Shown: piece by piece, positions 9,860 through 20,234 of the stretch | Numbering within the stretch: the first letter of the stretch is position 1 | Layout of the letters: every line of letters starts with the position of its first letter | IMG/VR virus record: IMGVR_UViG_3300032318_002198 | DNA from: a virus | Taxonomy: Duplodnaviria > Heunggongvirae > Uroviricota > Caudoviricetes | Strand: one strand, 5' to 3' | DNA: 64,000 nt | The notes under the pieces: generated by a model | The model's input: only the letters and a program-made list of their open reading frames with translations | What the model was told of the DNA's origin: nothing | The model's database searches: none | Position numbers and translations under genes: made by a program

Positions 9860-10427
9860 CATTGATATAGATTTCCCAGATAGAACTCAAATTCTTGATA
9901 TAATTAAACATATACCAGCTTCTATTATTGAAAATAACATAGTTAAAAAACATAATACTGGGATTTATTGTCAAACAATTCCGGTAAATCCTCTCACTAA
10001 GTCAGCTAGTATTGACTATAAAATAGCCGAAGATCGGGGCTATTTTAAAATAGACTTTCTCAATGTTAATGTTTACAAAGGTGTTAAAAACGAAGAACAT
10101 TTGTTAGAATTAATGAATACTGAACCACTATGGGATCTGTTGCTACAACAAGATTTCGTTGACCTATTATTTCATTTAAACGGGCATATCGATGTTCTAA
10201 AAATAACTAAACCTAGATCCATAGAACAATTAGCCGCAGTATTGGCTATGATAAGACCCGCTAAAAGACATTTAATAGGAGCTAGTTGGGATCAAATTTT
10301 CAATAACGTGTGGGTTAAACCTGAGAATAGTGAATACTATTGGAAGAAGAGCCATGCATTTGCTTATTCAATGGCTATTGTGGTACAAATGAACCTCATT
10401 TGTCAAAACATTTCATCGGAAAATTAA
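9852..10427 (+). CDS. miniature DNA polymerase III alpha (DnaE)-like protein
   Basis: DIDIDF, HNTG, KIDFL, LAMIRP, KSHAFAYS motifs of the DnaE core within 191 aa. Confidence 0.7.
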   Translation: MTDIDIDFPDRTQILDIIKHIPASIIENNIVKKHNTGIYCQTIPVNPLTKSASIDYKIAEDRGYFKIDFLNVNVYKGVKNEEHLLELMNTEPLWDLLLQQDFVDLLFHLNGHIDVLKITKPRSIEQLAAVLAMIRPAKRHLIGASWDQIFNNVWVKPENSEYYWKKSHAFAYSMAIVVQMNLICQNISSEN

Positions 10428-10798
10428 ACTTTAGGAATACGTATTAGTTGAATTGACTTGCGTTTTATTCTTTTTTCTGCAAGATCATTGAGACTTAATT
10501 GATGTCCAAATACTAAAACTATATCTTTACTGTTGAATGTTTTTATAGAATATTTGAATATATTCATTTCTTGTTTAAGAAAAATGTTTATAGGAATTTT
10601 TCTATTACTTTCCCACCACCAAGCTTCTCCTAATTCTAAGAATAATCGTCGCTCGTTATCGGATTTAATAACACTTAAATCATAGATCGAGGCAAAAGTA
10701 TTGTCAAAATTGATAATTATTCCTATATATTCGATATCATTGCTTTTAATACAGCTTAAAAACGGATATTGATTTTTAAATTCGTCTACTGATTTCAT
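10424..10798 (-). CDS. hypothetical protein
   Basis: ORF with WWWESNRKIPINIFL; ATG 10798 after GAGG. Confidence 0.65.
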   Translation of the reverse strand: MKSVDEFKNQYPFLSCIKSNDIEYIGIIINFDNTFASIYDLSVIKSDNERRLFLELGEAWWWESNRKIPINIFLKQEMNIFKYSIKTFNSKDIVLVFGHQLSLNDLAEKRIKRKSIQLIRIPKV

Positions 10799-10827
10799 AC
10801 CTCTCACTATTTCAAATAAATAAAAAC

Positions 10828-11664
10828 ATGCAAAACCTACCAGTCTATTTATATCCAAACTCGATCACTCTGACATTAGATCTGGATATTAACACCCGAG
10901 GAGTTAACCAAGTTATGTATCAAAGAGATCTAAAAATACAAAAAGGAATTAAAAATCAAATTAGAGTACAATTTAAAAATAGTGATCAAAAAAATGTAAA
11001 AATATATTCGACACAAACATTTGTGTTTAGCATGTTTGATGCAACAGAACAAAGATTACTTATTGAAAAAAATCTCGATATTTTGGATGTCAATACCACT
11101 TCTACTAGAGGACAGGCTCTTTTAACACTATCTGAAAGCGATACAATTGATCTCCCTAAATCTGACTATACCTATAGTGTAAAAGTATTAGATACCGACG
11201 GAAGTTATCTTCCTGCATATTCTAATACATATTATGGAATGGCTGGTACATTACATCTTACTGAGGAAATATATCCGAAATTGATCCCCAGTCGAGAAAT
11301 AAAGTCATTCTTACCAACTTTTAACGGTAATACTAATCTCTACGAACATAGAAGCGATAATATCTACGCATATCCAGAATATAACGGAAATAGTGCATTG
11401 CATACAGTTGCCTTATATATGACTGGTTTTAGAGGAACAGTATATTTACAAGCAACATTATACAATACTCCTGCATCTTTTGATAGATATGCAACTATAA
11501 CTTCTCGTACCTATAACAATTTTACTGGTGTAGATTATATTAACTTTAATGGTGTATACAGTTACATTAGGTTGATGTATATTCCATCAACTAAACCCGG
11601 CGAATCTACTAACGATAATCCCACATACTTCGGTTCGTTTGACAAAGTGTTATATAGAAATTAA
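10828..11664 (+). CDS. hypothetical, possibly virion beta-rich protein
   Basis: Tyr/Thr-rich ORF; TAAATA 5 nt upstream of ATG. Confidence 0.55.
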   Translation: MQNLPVYLYPNSITLTLDLDINTRGVNQVMYQRDLKIQKGIKNQIRVQFKNSDQKNVKIYSTQTFVFSMFDATEQRLLIEKNLDILDVNTTSTRGQALLTLSESDTIDLPKSDYTYSVKVLDTDGSYLPAYSNTYYGMAGTLHLTEEIYPKLIPSREIKSFLPTFNGNTNLYEHRSDNIYAYPEYNGNSALHTVALYMTGFRGTVYLQATLYNTPASFDRYATITSRTYNNFTGVDYINFNGVYSYIRLMYIPSTKPGESTNDNPTYFGSFDKVLYRN

Positions 11665-11700
11665 AATTAATATAGTATCCCTGAGAGGATTAATATATTA

Positions 11701-12711
11701 ATGTCCGATATTTCCGAAACTGCTTTACTGCTATTCACCCAAGGAAGAAAAACCAAATCTACTCCAAGTGGTTGGATAGCAGGTAACGCACCTTGTTGCC
11801 ATAATCGCGGAGAAACACGAGATACAAAAAGTCGCGGCGGTCTACTTATGACTACGACTGGCGGATTCAACTATCACTGTTTTAACTGCAACTTTAAGGC
11901 AGGTTGGGCACCTGGGCATCTTTTATCTAAAAATACTAAAAATTTATTTAGATGGTTAGGAATGCCCGATGAAGAAATAGACAAACTGTATTTTTATACG
12001 ATCAAAAATAAGTCAGATCAAATAAAAGAAGATAAAGTTTTAAATTTTAATCTCAACGAAACAACACTACCCGAAAATACTAAATCTATTGAACAATGGT
12101 CTAAAGAAAATTGTCAAGACCCACAATTACTTGAGATAATTAAATACATCATTGATGAGCGAAAATTAAATTGGGACTGGTATCCGTGGCATTGGTCCAT
12201 AGAAAACGGATATCGAGATCGTGTAATCATACCGTTTTATCATGATAACAAAATAGTCGGTTGGACTGGAAGAAAAATAACCGAGGGTAAACCAAAATAT
12301 CTTACACATGCTCAACCAGGATATGTGTTTAATATTGATAAACAAATATATTCCAGAGATTATGTCATAGTAGTTGAAGGACAGTTTGATGCTATAGCCA
12401 TCGATGGCGTAGCAATAATGCATAATGAACCAAACGAAGTACAATGCATTAGAATTAATAGATTAGGTAAACAAGTAATAGTGGTTCCTGATCGAGATAA
12501 AGCAGGAATAACAATGATAAATGCAGCATTGAATAACAATTGGACTGTCAGCATGCCGCCCTGGGAAGACGATATAAAGGATGTAGCAGATGCTGTAAAA
12601 AGATACGGAAGACTTTATACTTTAACTTCTATATTAACACATAAAGAAACTAATGAACTAAAAATTCAATTAATGAAAAAAAAATTAGAAAATATTCATG
12701 CAAAAATTTAA
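11701..12711 (+). CDS. DNA primase (zinc finger + TOPRIM)
   Basis: APCC..YHCFNC, RVIIPF, GWTGR, PKY, VVEGQFDA, PDRDKAG, KDVAD; upstream TTGACA-17-TAAAAT promoter. Confidence 0.85.
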   Translation: MSDISETALLLFTQGRKTKSTPSGWIAGNAPCCHNRGETRDTKSRGGLLMTTTGGFNYHCFNCNFKAGWAPGHLLSKNTKNLFRWLGMPDEEIDKLYFYTIKNKSDQIKEDKVLNFNLNETTLPENTKSIEQWSKENCQDPQLLEIIKYIIDERKLNWDWYPWHWSIENGYRDRVIIPFYHDNKIVGWTGRKITEGKPKYLTHAQPGYVFNIDKQIYSRDYVIVVEGQFDAIAIDGVAIMHNEPNEVQCIRINRLGKQVIVVPDRDKAGITMINAALNNNWTVSMPPWEDDIKDVADAVKRYGRLYTLTSILTHKETNELKIQLMKKKLENIHAKI

Positions 12712-14068
12712 CTACAACTTAGAAACACAAAAAATATATTTAGAAATGTTTTTGTCTGATGCAGAAACATTCTTACGCTGTCAAAACATTTTTGACCCTG
12801 AAAACTTTGATAGAAAATTACAATCTACGGCAGAATTTATTAAAAATTATGTAGATCAGTATAAAGTAATGCCAGATGTTGAAATTGTTAATGCTACTTG
12901 TGAAACCAGTTTACAAAATATAAAACTACCTATTGAAAATTATGATTGGTTACGAGACGAGTTTGAACAATTTAGTCGTCATAAAGCATTAAATCGTGCA
13001 ATATTGAAATCAGCCGATCTTTTAGAAAAAGGAGAATATGGCCCGGTTGAAAAATTAATTCGAGATGCTATTCAGATTAGTTTGAATCGAGACATGGGCC
13101 TCGATTACTTTGAAGATCCTAGAGCACGTTTAACTAAACTTAAAGACGGTAATGGTCAAATTAGTACTGGTTGGCCTAGTATTGATAAAAAACTCTACGG
13201 TGGTTTTAATCGAGGCGAACTTAATATATTTTGTGCAGGATCCGGTGGAGGAAAATCTTTATTCTTAGCAAACCTTGGCGTTAATTGGGCATTAATGGGA
13301 TTAAACGTTTTGTATCTAACCTTTGAACTTAGCGAAGGATTAGTTGCAATGCGTCTTGATAGTATGATGACTGGAATTTCTACTAGAGAAATTTTTAAAA
13401 ATATCGATGATGTAGAACTTAAGGTTAAAATTATAGGAAAAAAATCAGGAAGCATTCAAGTTAAATATATGCCTTCGGGTAAAAATTGTAACGATATAAG
13501 AGCATATCTAAAAGAATATCAAGTTAAAAAAGGTGTAAAACCTGACGTTATTTTAATAGATTACTTGGATCTTATGATGCCATTGAGCGTTAAGGTTAGT
13601 CCCAGTGATCTGTTTGTTAAAGACAAATATGTATCCGAAGAAATAAGAAATCTTGCGATGGAAACACAATCGATTACAGTTACAGCAAGTCAGCTTAATA
13701 GATCAGCAGTAGAAGAAATTGAATTCGATCATAGCCATATATCTGGAGGTTTGAGTAAGATTATGACTGCTGATAATGTGATTGGTATCTTTACCAGTCG
13801 AGCTATGAAGGAACGCGGTAGATATCAAATTCAATTTATGAAAACACGTTCTAGCTCAGGTGTGGGACAGAAAGTAGATTTAGAATTTAATATGGAAAGT
13901 TTGAGAATAACCGATCTGGGCGAAGAAGAAAATACTAGACCAGAACCTCAAATAGCATTGAATACATTGAAAAGAACTAGTACAACTAATTCTCCTGCTC
14001 CTGCTCCGACTAAAGCTGCAACAAATATACGATCAATTTTAGAACAACTTAATCAAGAAAAAGATTGA
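12698..14068 (+). CDS. replicative helicase (DnaB / T4 gp41 family)
   Basis: STGW, GGFNRGEL, AGSGGGKS, IDYLDL, TASQLNR, KTR. Confidence 0.9.
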   Translation: MQKFNYNLETQKIYLEMFLSDAETFLRCQNIFDPENFDRKLQSTAEFIKNYVDQYKVMPDVEIVNATCETSLQNIKLPIENYDWLRDEFEQFSRHKALNRAILKSADLLEKGEYGPVEKLIRDAIQISLNRDMGLDYFEDPRARLTKLKDGNGQISTGWPSIDKKLYGGFNRGELNIFCAGSGGGKSLFLANLGVNWALMGLNVLYLTFELSEGLVAMRLDSMMTGISTREIFKNIDDVELKVKIIGKKSGSIQVKYMPSGKNCNDIRAYLKEYQVKKGVKPDVILIDYLDLMMPLSVKVSPSDLFVKDKYVSEEIRNLAMETQSITVTASQLNRSAVEEIEFDHSHISGGLSKIMTADNVIGIFTSRAMKERGRYQIQFMKTRSSSGVGQKVDLEFNMESLRITDLGEEENTRPEPQIALNTLKRTSTTNSPAPAPTKAATNIRSILEQLNQEKD

Positions 14069-14712
14069 TTGATCCAACAACGACTTTGCATTTGAGCACT
14101 GTTTTCCATTACTCGGGTCCATTGTGCTTCACCATCATAATTAAAAACTAACGAAGAATTGACCCGGGAAACTTCCCATAAATGATCCTGAACATCAACA
14201 TCAGGATCTAAATTGAAAATTTGCTCTTTTAATGTCTCCATGTCCCAACGCCAACTGCCTACACATGCTCTATATAATTTTGGACCCTGATTACCACATA
14301 ATGCACTTAATATACTGAGATCGCTGGTAATACCTATACAATTATCAACTGTTATCGTACTGGGTCCAGTCCAATCTAAACTATGAACAAAATGCATACG
14401 ATTTGAACCTAATACACCACCTTGATATACATTATCCTGTATTATCTTCTCCGCACTTTCAAAACCTAGGTTAGATACTATACGTTTTAAGTTTATTCCT
14501 TCGAGTCTACGGTTTAATTGCAATCCTAATACACTATTATCAATTTGATGAAATAATAGTATAACTCCTTTGTATAAAGAATCTCTTGGATTTTTAGGAT
14601 TACCGCCTAATAATAAACCACGACCCCATACCTCAGTAGTATCAATCGAAAATATATTTGAATTAGAAACAATATTACTCATCATATTACTATTTAACAT
14701 AACCGATTTCAT
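14053..14712 (-). CDS. YqgE/AlgH (DUF179)-like protein
   Basis: GLQLNR, VYQGG, HFVHS, YRACVGSWRW. Confidence 0.65.
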   Translation of the reverse strand: MKSVMLNSNMMSNIVSNSNIFSIDTTEVWGRGLLLGGNPKNPRDSLYKGVILLFHQIDNSVLGLQLNRRLEGINLKRIVSNLGFESAEKIIQDNVYQGGVLGSNRMHFVHSLDWTGPSTITVDNCIGITSDLSILSALCGNQGPKLYRACVGSWRWDMETLKEQIFNLDPDVDVQDHLWEVSRVNSSLVFNYDGEAQWTRVMENSAQMQSRCWINQSFS

Positions 14713-14753
14713 ATATGTAAATTAACTAATCTTTTTTATTTAAATATAATCAT

Positions 14754-15035
14754 ATGTTGAATAAAAAAGATTATATACCAAAAAACCTACGTAAATCCAT
14801 AATTGAAAGAGATGGATATTATTGTGTATATTGCGACGATGATCTTAAAGATCAAGAAATACACATAGATCACGTAATACCCGAATCTCGAGGCGGTACA
14901 ACAACTAGAGATAATTTACAGGTTACTTGTCGTAAATGTAACTTGTCCAAAGGTACTTTGTCAGAAAAAGAATTTACAGATAAACTTAGAACCCGAGCTT
15001 TGAATATTCTTTCCCGTTTGGGATATAATAATTAA
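14754..15035 (+). CDS. HNH endonuclease
   Basis: RDGYYCVYC, HIDHVIPESRGG, NLQVTCRKCNLSK. Confidence 0.88.
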   Translation: MLNKKDYIPKNLRKSIIERDGYYCVYCDDDLKDQEIHIDHVIPESRGGTTTRDNLQVTCRKCNLSKGTLSEKEFTDKLRTRALNILSRLGYNN

Positions 15036-16162
15036 ACAGCAGGTAATGCCGGCGGAGGATTTTCTTCACTGTCATCTTTTTTGTCTTTTACTACAGGACG
15101 AGGTTGATCGAGCATCCAACCAGTATTGATAAATTTACCCAATTTTGTAATTTCACGATCTAAATTATACTTCATAATTTTACTGTCATCTTTTGCCATT
15201 AATTCTTCGTCTTCTGAATTGGTTTTTATATAATTTTCTATGTCTGATTTTTGTGCGGTTAATGCAGTTACTAGGTCGCGATAAAGATATGGAAAACGTT
15301 GTTTTATATAATCTCGATCAGGCGGCAAATCGGCAATATTCATAAAATTCACAAATTGAGTATCCTCTTCCCTCGATGCATCAAATTGATACCGCTCTTT
15401 TCCTTCGATCTGTCTAGTACCTTTTTGAATACTGACCTCAGGAGCGTCATACGGAAATAATTGAAATAGCATTGATCTGTTTGCATAGGTAAAATAATAA
15501 CCACCAGTATTATCACTACCAGATGTACACCAAGTTGTTCCTTGCCCTAAAAAGATATTTGATGAACGATTTAACGTAATATAAATCTTATAATCCTCAT
15601 TATCAATTAACTTCCAAGCTCGAATACTCTTTTTCATGGCCATAGCCTTCATCTTTTCATTATAATCCGACAAGGCTTGCTCATAATGATATACAAGATA
15701 TTGACCTAGATCACGTATACTTTTAAAAATAGGAAGATTTTGATGTAACGGATCCAATAGATTACGCTTCTTCAAGTAATCATATTTGGATAGATTCATA
15801 CCCATCGTGCCATTGATATCTTCCCAAGTATGACCGCCAGAAATATATTTGTCAACTATCCAAGGTACATATTGGCCATTTTTACTGTATGGGATCCCTT
15901 CATACCCTTGCTTTTCTTTGTTGTCCAACTGAGTTAAAAACCACTCAACTAACGCTCGATCATCTATTTTTTCAGCAGTAACAGAAAATCTAGGCTCAAA
16001 TCCTCCGGGATTTAACCGAGCATCACGACGTATGCGACGCGCTAAATCAGGAACCAATTTTTGATTATTAATAACCGATTGGCTACCTTTGGTCAATTGA
16101 ACATTTTCATATAAAAAAGATTCAACTAACCTGATTAATGATCTGATGTTACTGCTATCCAT
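15032..16162 (-). CDS. hypothetical protein (GTTWCT motif), possibly head-internal
   Basis: GQGTTWCTS..RYQF; N-terminal IRSLIRLVE. Confidence 0.55.
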   Translation of the reverse strand: MDSSNIRSLIRLVESFLYENVQLTKGSQSVINNQKLVPDLARRIRRDARLNPGGFEPRFSVTAEKIDDRALVEWFLTQLDNKEKQGYEGIPYSKNGQYVPWIVDKYISGGHTWEDINGTMGMNLSKYDYLKKRNLLDPLHQNLPIFKSIRDLGQYLVYHYEQALSDYNEKMKAMAMKKSIRAWKLIDNEDYKIYITLNRSSNIFLGQGTTWCTSGSDNTGGYYFTYANRSMLFQLFPYDAPEVSIQKGTRQIEGKERYQFDASREEDTQFVNFMNIADLPPDRDYIKQRFPYLYRDLVTALTAQKSDIENYIKTNSEDEELMAKDDSKIMKYNLDREITKLGKFINTGWMLDQPRPVVKDKKDDSEENPPPALPAV

Positions 16163-16168
16163 ATTCTT

Positions 16169-18166
16169 TTAATATGCTGATCTGATTAAATTTGTTTTTA
16201 TGGCAGACATTAATCCTTGCATAGTCGACGGAGATAACTTTGTCAATAACTGATCAAGATATATATCTTGCGATACTTTTTCTTCAGCCGCAGCATCGTT
16301 AATTGAACGATTTAACAATTGAACTACTGGACTGTTAAAATCACTTAAAGATATCGCACCTTGTTTATTTATGGATACTAATATAGCATCTACCTTCTTT
16401 GCCATATCGGTCCACTTACCGACACGATCATATGCTCCAGCTTGAATGGCATCTTGAATTTCATCTCGTATGTCTAATAACGCCACATTACCGATACGCT
16501 TCATCAAAGGCTTTATAATTGGAGTGAGCTTTGTGAAAAGTTCTTGCTTTGCAGACATAGCACTTCTAATAACTTTTTCAGCAGGCTTTCTGCCTGCAAT
16601 CTTTTCACGCTCAATACCACCGTGAGAAATCCCCACTTCACGCCCAGCACCTGGCGAGTAATTTTTGACAAAACCCTTGTCTTGTTTACGTCCTAACTCA
16701 CTAGTACGACCCTTACTGATATAAATTGCTTGCAATTTTCCAATTTGATTGGCTAACGATTGAAAAATGTTATAACCAGTCATTGGCTCTATTTTACCGG
16801 GCACTCCACCACGAGCTTTCATAATGGTAGGATCAACTTCAGTCTTAACTTCCTCGGGGTTACGAATTAACTCAGGATCAATCTGCTCACCATCCCTGAA
16901 CGCAATTATTTGATAACGCAACGTATTATCCCTTGCAGGATCGTACACTCGATTAGACTTGCTAGCTTTTTCTTCTCCACGAAGAATGTCTTCTTCATAC
17001 GGCTTAATCCCAGCTACACCACGCTGTGCTGTAATAATTATAAACTGATCTGGATGATTCTTGAACTCCGTCCACATTACACGCTGATCCATGGGATGCT
17101 CTTCCCAATCAGCAACATTACTTAATCGATGACGCGCATGCATCCAACGCACTAAATATTGACCCGACGGCGCATCTCCGATTAACTTACTTAACGTGCT
17201 TTCTTTGAGCAAATGTCGATAAACCGCTTGCCCAATACTTTCCTCTAATTGAACACTCTTACGATAATTGTCCAACCCTTCACGTAAATACTTGACCATA
17301 CTTTGCTTTGTTTTCATATTACTTTCTCTCGCTATCCTTGTTGTCGGCTCCCCACCGATTACAGCATCACTTTCGGGAAAAGCATATATGTATACACCCG
17401 CAAAATCTCGAATTACATGAAATCGAATCCCACGAGCACTATACTCCCTTACTTCCGGACGATACCCAGGTATGGCAGCTCCATAATCCATCTCAACTTC
17501 ACCACGGTCCTCACCATGAGCACGTAACCACGCCGCAACAGCTGACATCTCCGCAGCACTGTTTGGCCCTTGTCCATTTACATTGGCTATGGTTAATATG
17601 TCCTCCAACGGGGTGCGTGTGAACATCCTGAATATCTGACGTCCCATCCCCCTGATCGCACGCTGCATATACCCGGGCAAATTATTGATGGTACTCCACT
17701 CTGGCATTAATCGGCCACCCTCGGCCCTTATGTCCCTGTTTAACACTTGCGGTACATCACGCATACTACGAACTACTACTTCATCATTCCCCTGACGAAT
17801 ATCTAACCCAGCCCTACGTGCAGCTTCTGCATCATCAATCTCATCATCTTGGTCACGGTTGATAACATTTAACATCCTGCGAATTTCATCATTGGCACCG
17901 ATATTACTTACCTTAGAACGCGTCTTTGCTCCAGATGCCCGCGCTAAATCATCAATCCCATTAATGTCATCACCATTACCCTGATCATCACTTCGGTTAT
18001 CACTTCGGTTATCACTATTAGGCACACTGGGCAAATTACGATTGTCACTACTACCGATTTCATCATCGATATCATTTAAGAAATCAAACGGAGAATCTAC
18101 CTTGTCCTTGACATCGACTTTTCCATCTTTTTTCTTGCTATTGTCATCAAATAATAAACTGTGCAT
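16169..18166 (-). CDS. large hypothetical protein, possibly head-internal
   Basis: 665-aa ORF, acidic N-terminus, TATAAATA late-type promoter on minus strand at 18199-18206. Confidence 0.6.
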   Translation of the reverse strand: MHSLLFDDNSKKKDGKVDVKDKVDSPFDFLNDIDDEIGSSDNRNLPSVPNSDNRSDNRSDDQGNGDDINGIDDLARASGAKTRSKVSNIGANDEIRRMLNVINRDQDDEIDDAEAARRAGLDIRQGNDEVVVRSMRDVPQVLNRDIRAEGGRLMPEWSTINNLPGYMQRAIRGMGRQIFRMFTRTPLEDILTIANVNGQGPNSAAEMSAVAAWLRAHGEDRGEVEMDYGAAIPGYRPEVREYSARGIRFHVIRDFAGVYIYAFPESDAVIGGEPTTRIARESNMKTKQSMVKYLREGLDNYRKSVQLEESIGQAVYRHLLKESTLSKLIGDAPSGQYLVRWMHARHRLSNVADWEEHPMDQRVMWTEFKNHPDQFIIITAQRGVAGIKPYEEDILRGEEKASKSNRVYDPARDNTLRYQIIAFRDGEQIDPELIRNPEEVKTEVDPTIMKARGGVPGKIEPMTGYNIFQSLANQIGKLQAIYISKGRTSELGRKQDKGFVKNYSPGAGREVGISHGGIEREKIAGRKPAEKVIRSAMSAKQELFTKLTPIIKPLMKRIGNVALLDIRDEIQDAIQAGAYDRVGKWTDMAKKVDAILVSINKQGAISLSDFNSPVVQLLNRSINDAAAEEKVSQDIYLDQLLTKLSPSTMQGLMSAIKTNLIRSAY

Positions 18167-18758
18167 GATATAAATGTTAAACTCCGAAATTTATACAATA
18201 TTTATACTCTATTTATATTTTTCACTACCACCCATGCCCCTCTATATACATACTATAAAAAAATTTTGCAAAAAAAATTTTGAAATACGATTTCTACCAC
18301 TACCCAAGAATTTTATATACACTATCAAAAATTTTGCTGCACAATTTTTTAAAGGTCTGGAGATCTCGGCCCCAGGTGATACAGTCTAACCCATACTGGA
18401 TTTTGAGGCTTTGAGAGAGATTTGGCAAGCCAAAAGTTGTATTTTTACAACAGTGCTATATACTACCCCTCCCCCCTGTGGGGTCCTAGCCCCTCCTGCT
18501 TGTCTCCGGTAGCTGCCACGCCGCCCGTGGGATTCTGCACTAATTTTTTAAAACCCCACGACTTATTTTATTACGGTATGACAAGGTGCTGTCCTGCCAT
18601 GGGGTTCAATAGTGTAGTGTTTTAGTATGCTATTATAACATGCCCCAAGTAGTATGTTATAATAGCGCACAAGTAAACAGTAAGCAGTAGTGTGACTATA
18701 CACAATTGGACCCACATGAGCTAATGTTATTCACAAGTGTTGTAGCTTGGGGTAGTAA

Positions 18759-18812
18759 TAGTGTAGTGTTTTAGTGTGTTATTGCTTGCGTGTGTGTTTT
18801 TTGCTGTATACT
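18759..18812 (+). promoter_or_regulatory. rightward promoter with repeated upstream element
   Basis: TAGTGTAGTGTTTTAGTGTGTTATTGCTTGCG followed by TATACT; same 32-mer at 20426. Confidence 0.6.
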
Positions 18813-18856
18813 TGCACTTGCTGCAACAACGCAGTGCAACGCAAACAGTACGCAAC

Positions 18857-19468
18857 ATGCCAAAACTTACAGCACAGCAAGCACAGCAAGCAATTGCTAT
18901 GCATGCAAACTCCCACACAATAACTGCACAGCAAATTACTGCTGCCCTTGGGAACGCTAGTGTTACTTTCGCGCAACTTTTGTACGTTACGCAAGTGCAA
19001 CTAGCAGCACAGCACCGGGGCCAGTGTATACAAAAAGTTACAAGTGCAAATGTAATTTTGTGCAGCAACGTAACAGCAACGTCCCGTGTGTATGCGCGCA
19101 AAGTGCAGCGTAGTGCGTTGGGGTATGCACAAAACGCAGCAGCAGCAATCGCAGCATTTACAGCACAACAAAACTACTACACGCACACCCCATGCTACAG
19201 CGTTGTGCAGCATGCACAGCACGCTGAGAAGTTGTATTTGTATGCACTCTACAACACTGCAAGCAGTGTATACATGCACAATAATGCTGTTGTTAGCAAG
19301 CAACAAGTAGCGCTGTATTGCACCCCAAGTGCAGCAGCAAAATTGTTGCAAGATGGGAGTGAGGTACATAACAAAACGCACAACATAGTGCATAATGTGC
19401 ATGTGCGTACAATTGCACTTAGCAATTTAGTGCATATGCGTGTGCGTAAGCAATTGCTTACAGTGTAA
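18857..19468 (+). CDS. GA/TC-depleted hypothetical protein (203 aa, only 3 acidic residues)
   Basis: open frame after promoter; Ala/Gln/His/Val-rich; about 11 GA+TC dinucleotides in 612 nt by manual count. Confidence 0.7.
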   Translation: MPKLTAQQAQQAIAMHANSHTITAQQITAALGNASVTFAQLLYVTQVQLAAQHRGQCIQKVTSANVILCSNVTATSRVYARKVQRSALGYAQNAAAAIAAFTAQQNYYTHTPCYSVVQHAQHAEKLYLYALYNTASSVYMHNNAVVSKQQVALYCTPSAAAKLLQDGSEVHNKTHNIVHNVHVRTIALSNLVHMRVRKQLLTV

Positions 19469-19743
19469 CGCAGGACCCCATGTATAGCACACGCAGCAGT
19501 TGTGTGCTGGTGCGTGGGGTTCGCTGCTGCCCCACGCAGGCTACTATGATACAGCAGGTGATTGTTGAGGGGTTTGCCCCACGCGAACGCCGTCGTAAAT
19601 TTAATTTTGAGGTTTGGGGTTAGCCCCACGCTAGCTGCATCGTGTGCATTTAGCTGCCCGTGGGGTTATTAACCCTAAGGGTAGTAGGGTTATTGCAGAA
19701 ATTGCTATGTGGTGTTATACTGATTTGAGTGTTAGGAGTAGTC

Positions 19744-20010
19744 ATGTTTCTCGTGCCCGCAAACACCGTAATTCAAGTGCAAGCACCGAAAAGCTTGCAT
19801 CATTTCAACTGGTGTGGGTGGATTTCGTATACCACGCCTGCGGATCGGCTCTACGAGAAGGAGGATGTGTGGGATCCTGTTGCGCTGCATTATCGAATTG
19901 ATGTACCCCAGTGGATTGCTCGAAACGTACTGGAACACAATCGTGTGGTGATTCATTGCAAGGGTAAGTATGCTCTTGTCCTGCCCAAAGACATTCGTTA
20001 CTTGGATTAA
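19744..20010 (+). CDS. hypothetical protein
   Basis: AGGAG RBS before ATG. Confidence 0.65.
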   Translation: MFLVPANTVIQVQAPKSLHHFNWCGWISYTTPADRLYEKEDVWDPVALHYRIDVPQWIARNVLEHNRVVIHCKGKYALVLPKDIRYLD

Positions 20011-20015
20011 AAATT

Positions 20016-20234
20016 ATGCCAACAACCCCTTGTCGTGTGCTTGTTCGAGCGACTCTAGTAGTGCGGGACGTTTACATCTGTCGTAAATGCGACGCTCGTC
20101 AGACAGGCGAAGCGTACTCTGTAGAGACCAGTGACCCGTTGCATACACTCTCTCAGAACCTCCCGAAACCGCGTTTCATGCCTGTTGGCTGGGCAAGCTA
20201 TCTCGACGGGTTTGATTGCCCTAACCATCACTAA
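20016..20234 (+). CDS. small Cys-containing hypothetical protein
   Basis: CRKC...DCPNH. Confidence 0.5.
   Translation: MPTTPCRVLVRATLVVRDVYICRKCDARQTGEAYSVETSDPLHTLSQNLPKPRFMPVGWASYLDGFDCPNHH

Noticed and set aside
1167-14068. inteins or introns in helicases/primase
   Set aside because: Protein lengths are normal and motifs contiguous; no intein splice motifs seen.
18727-19629. multiple overlapping Cys-rich ORFs on both strands
   Set aside because: By-product of TGA depletion and TG/CA-rich composition; only 18857..19468 follows a promoter.
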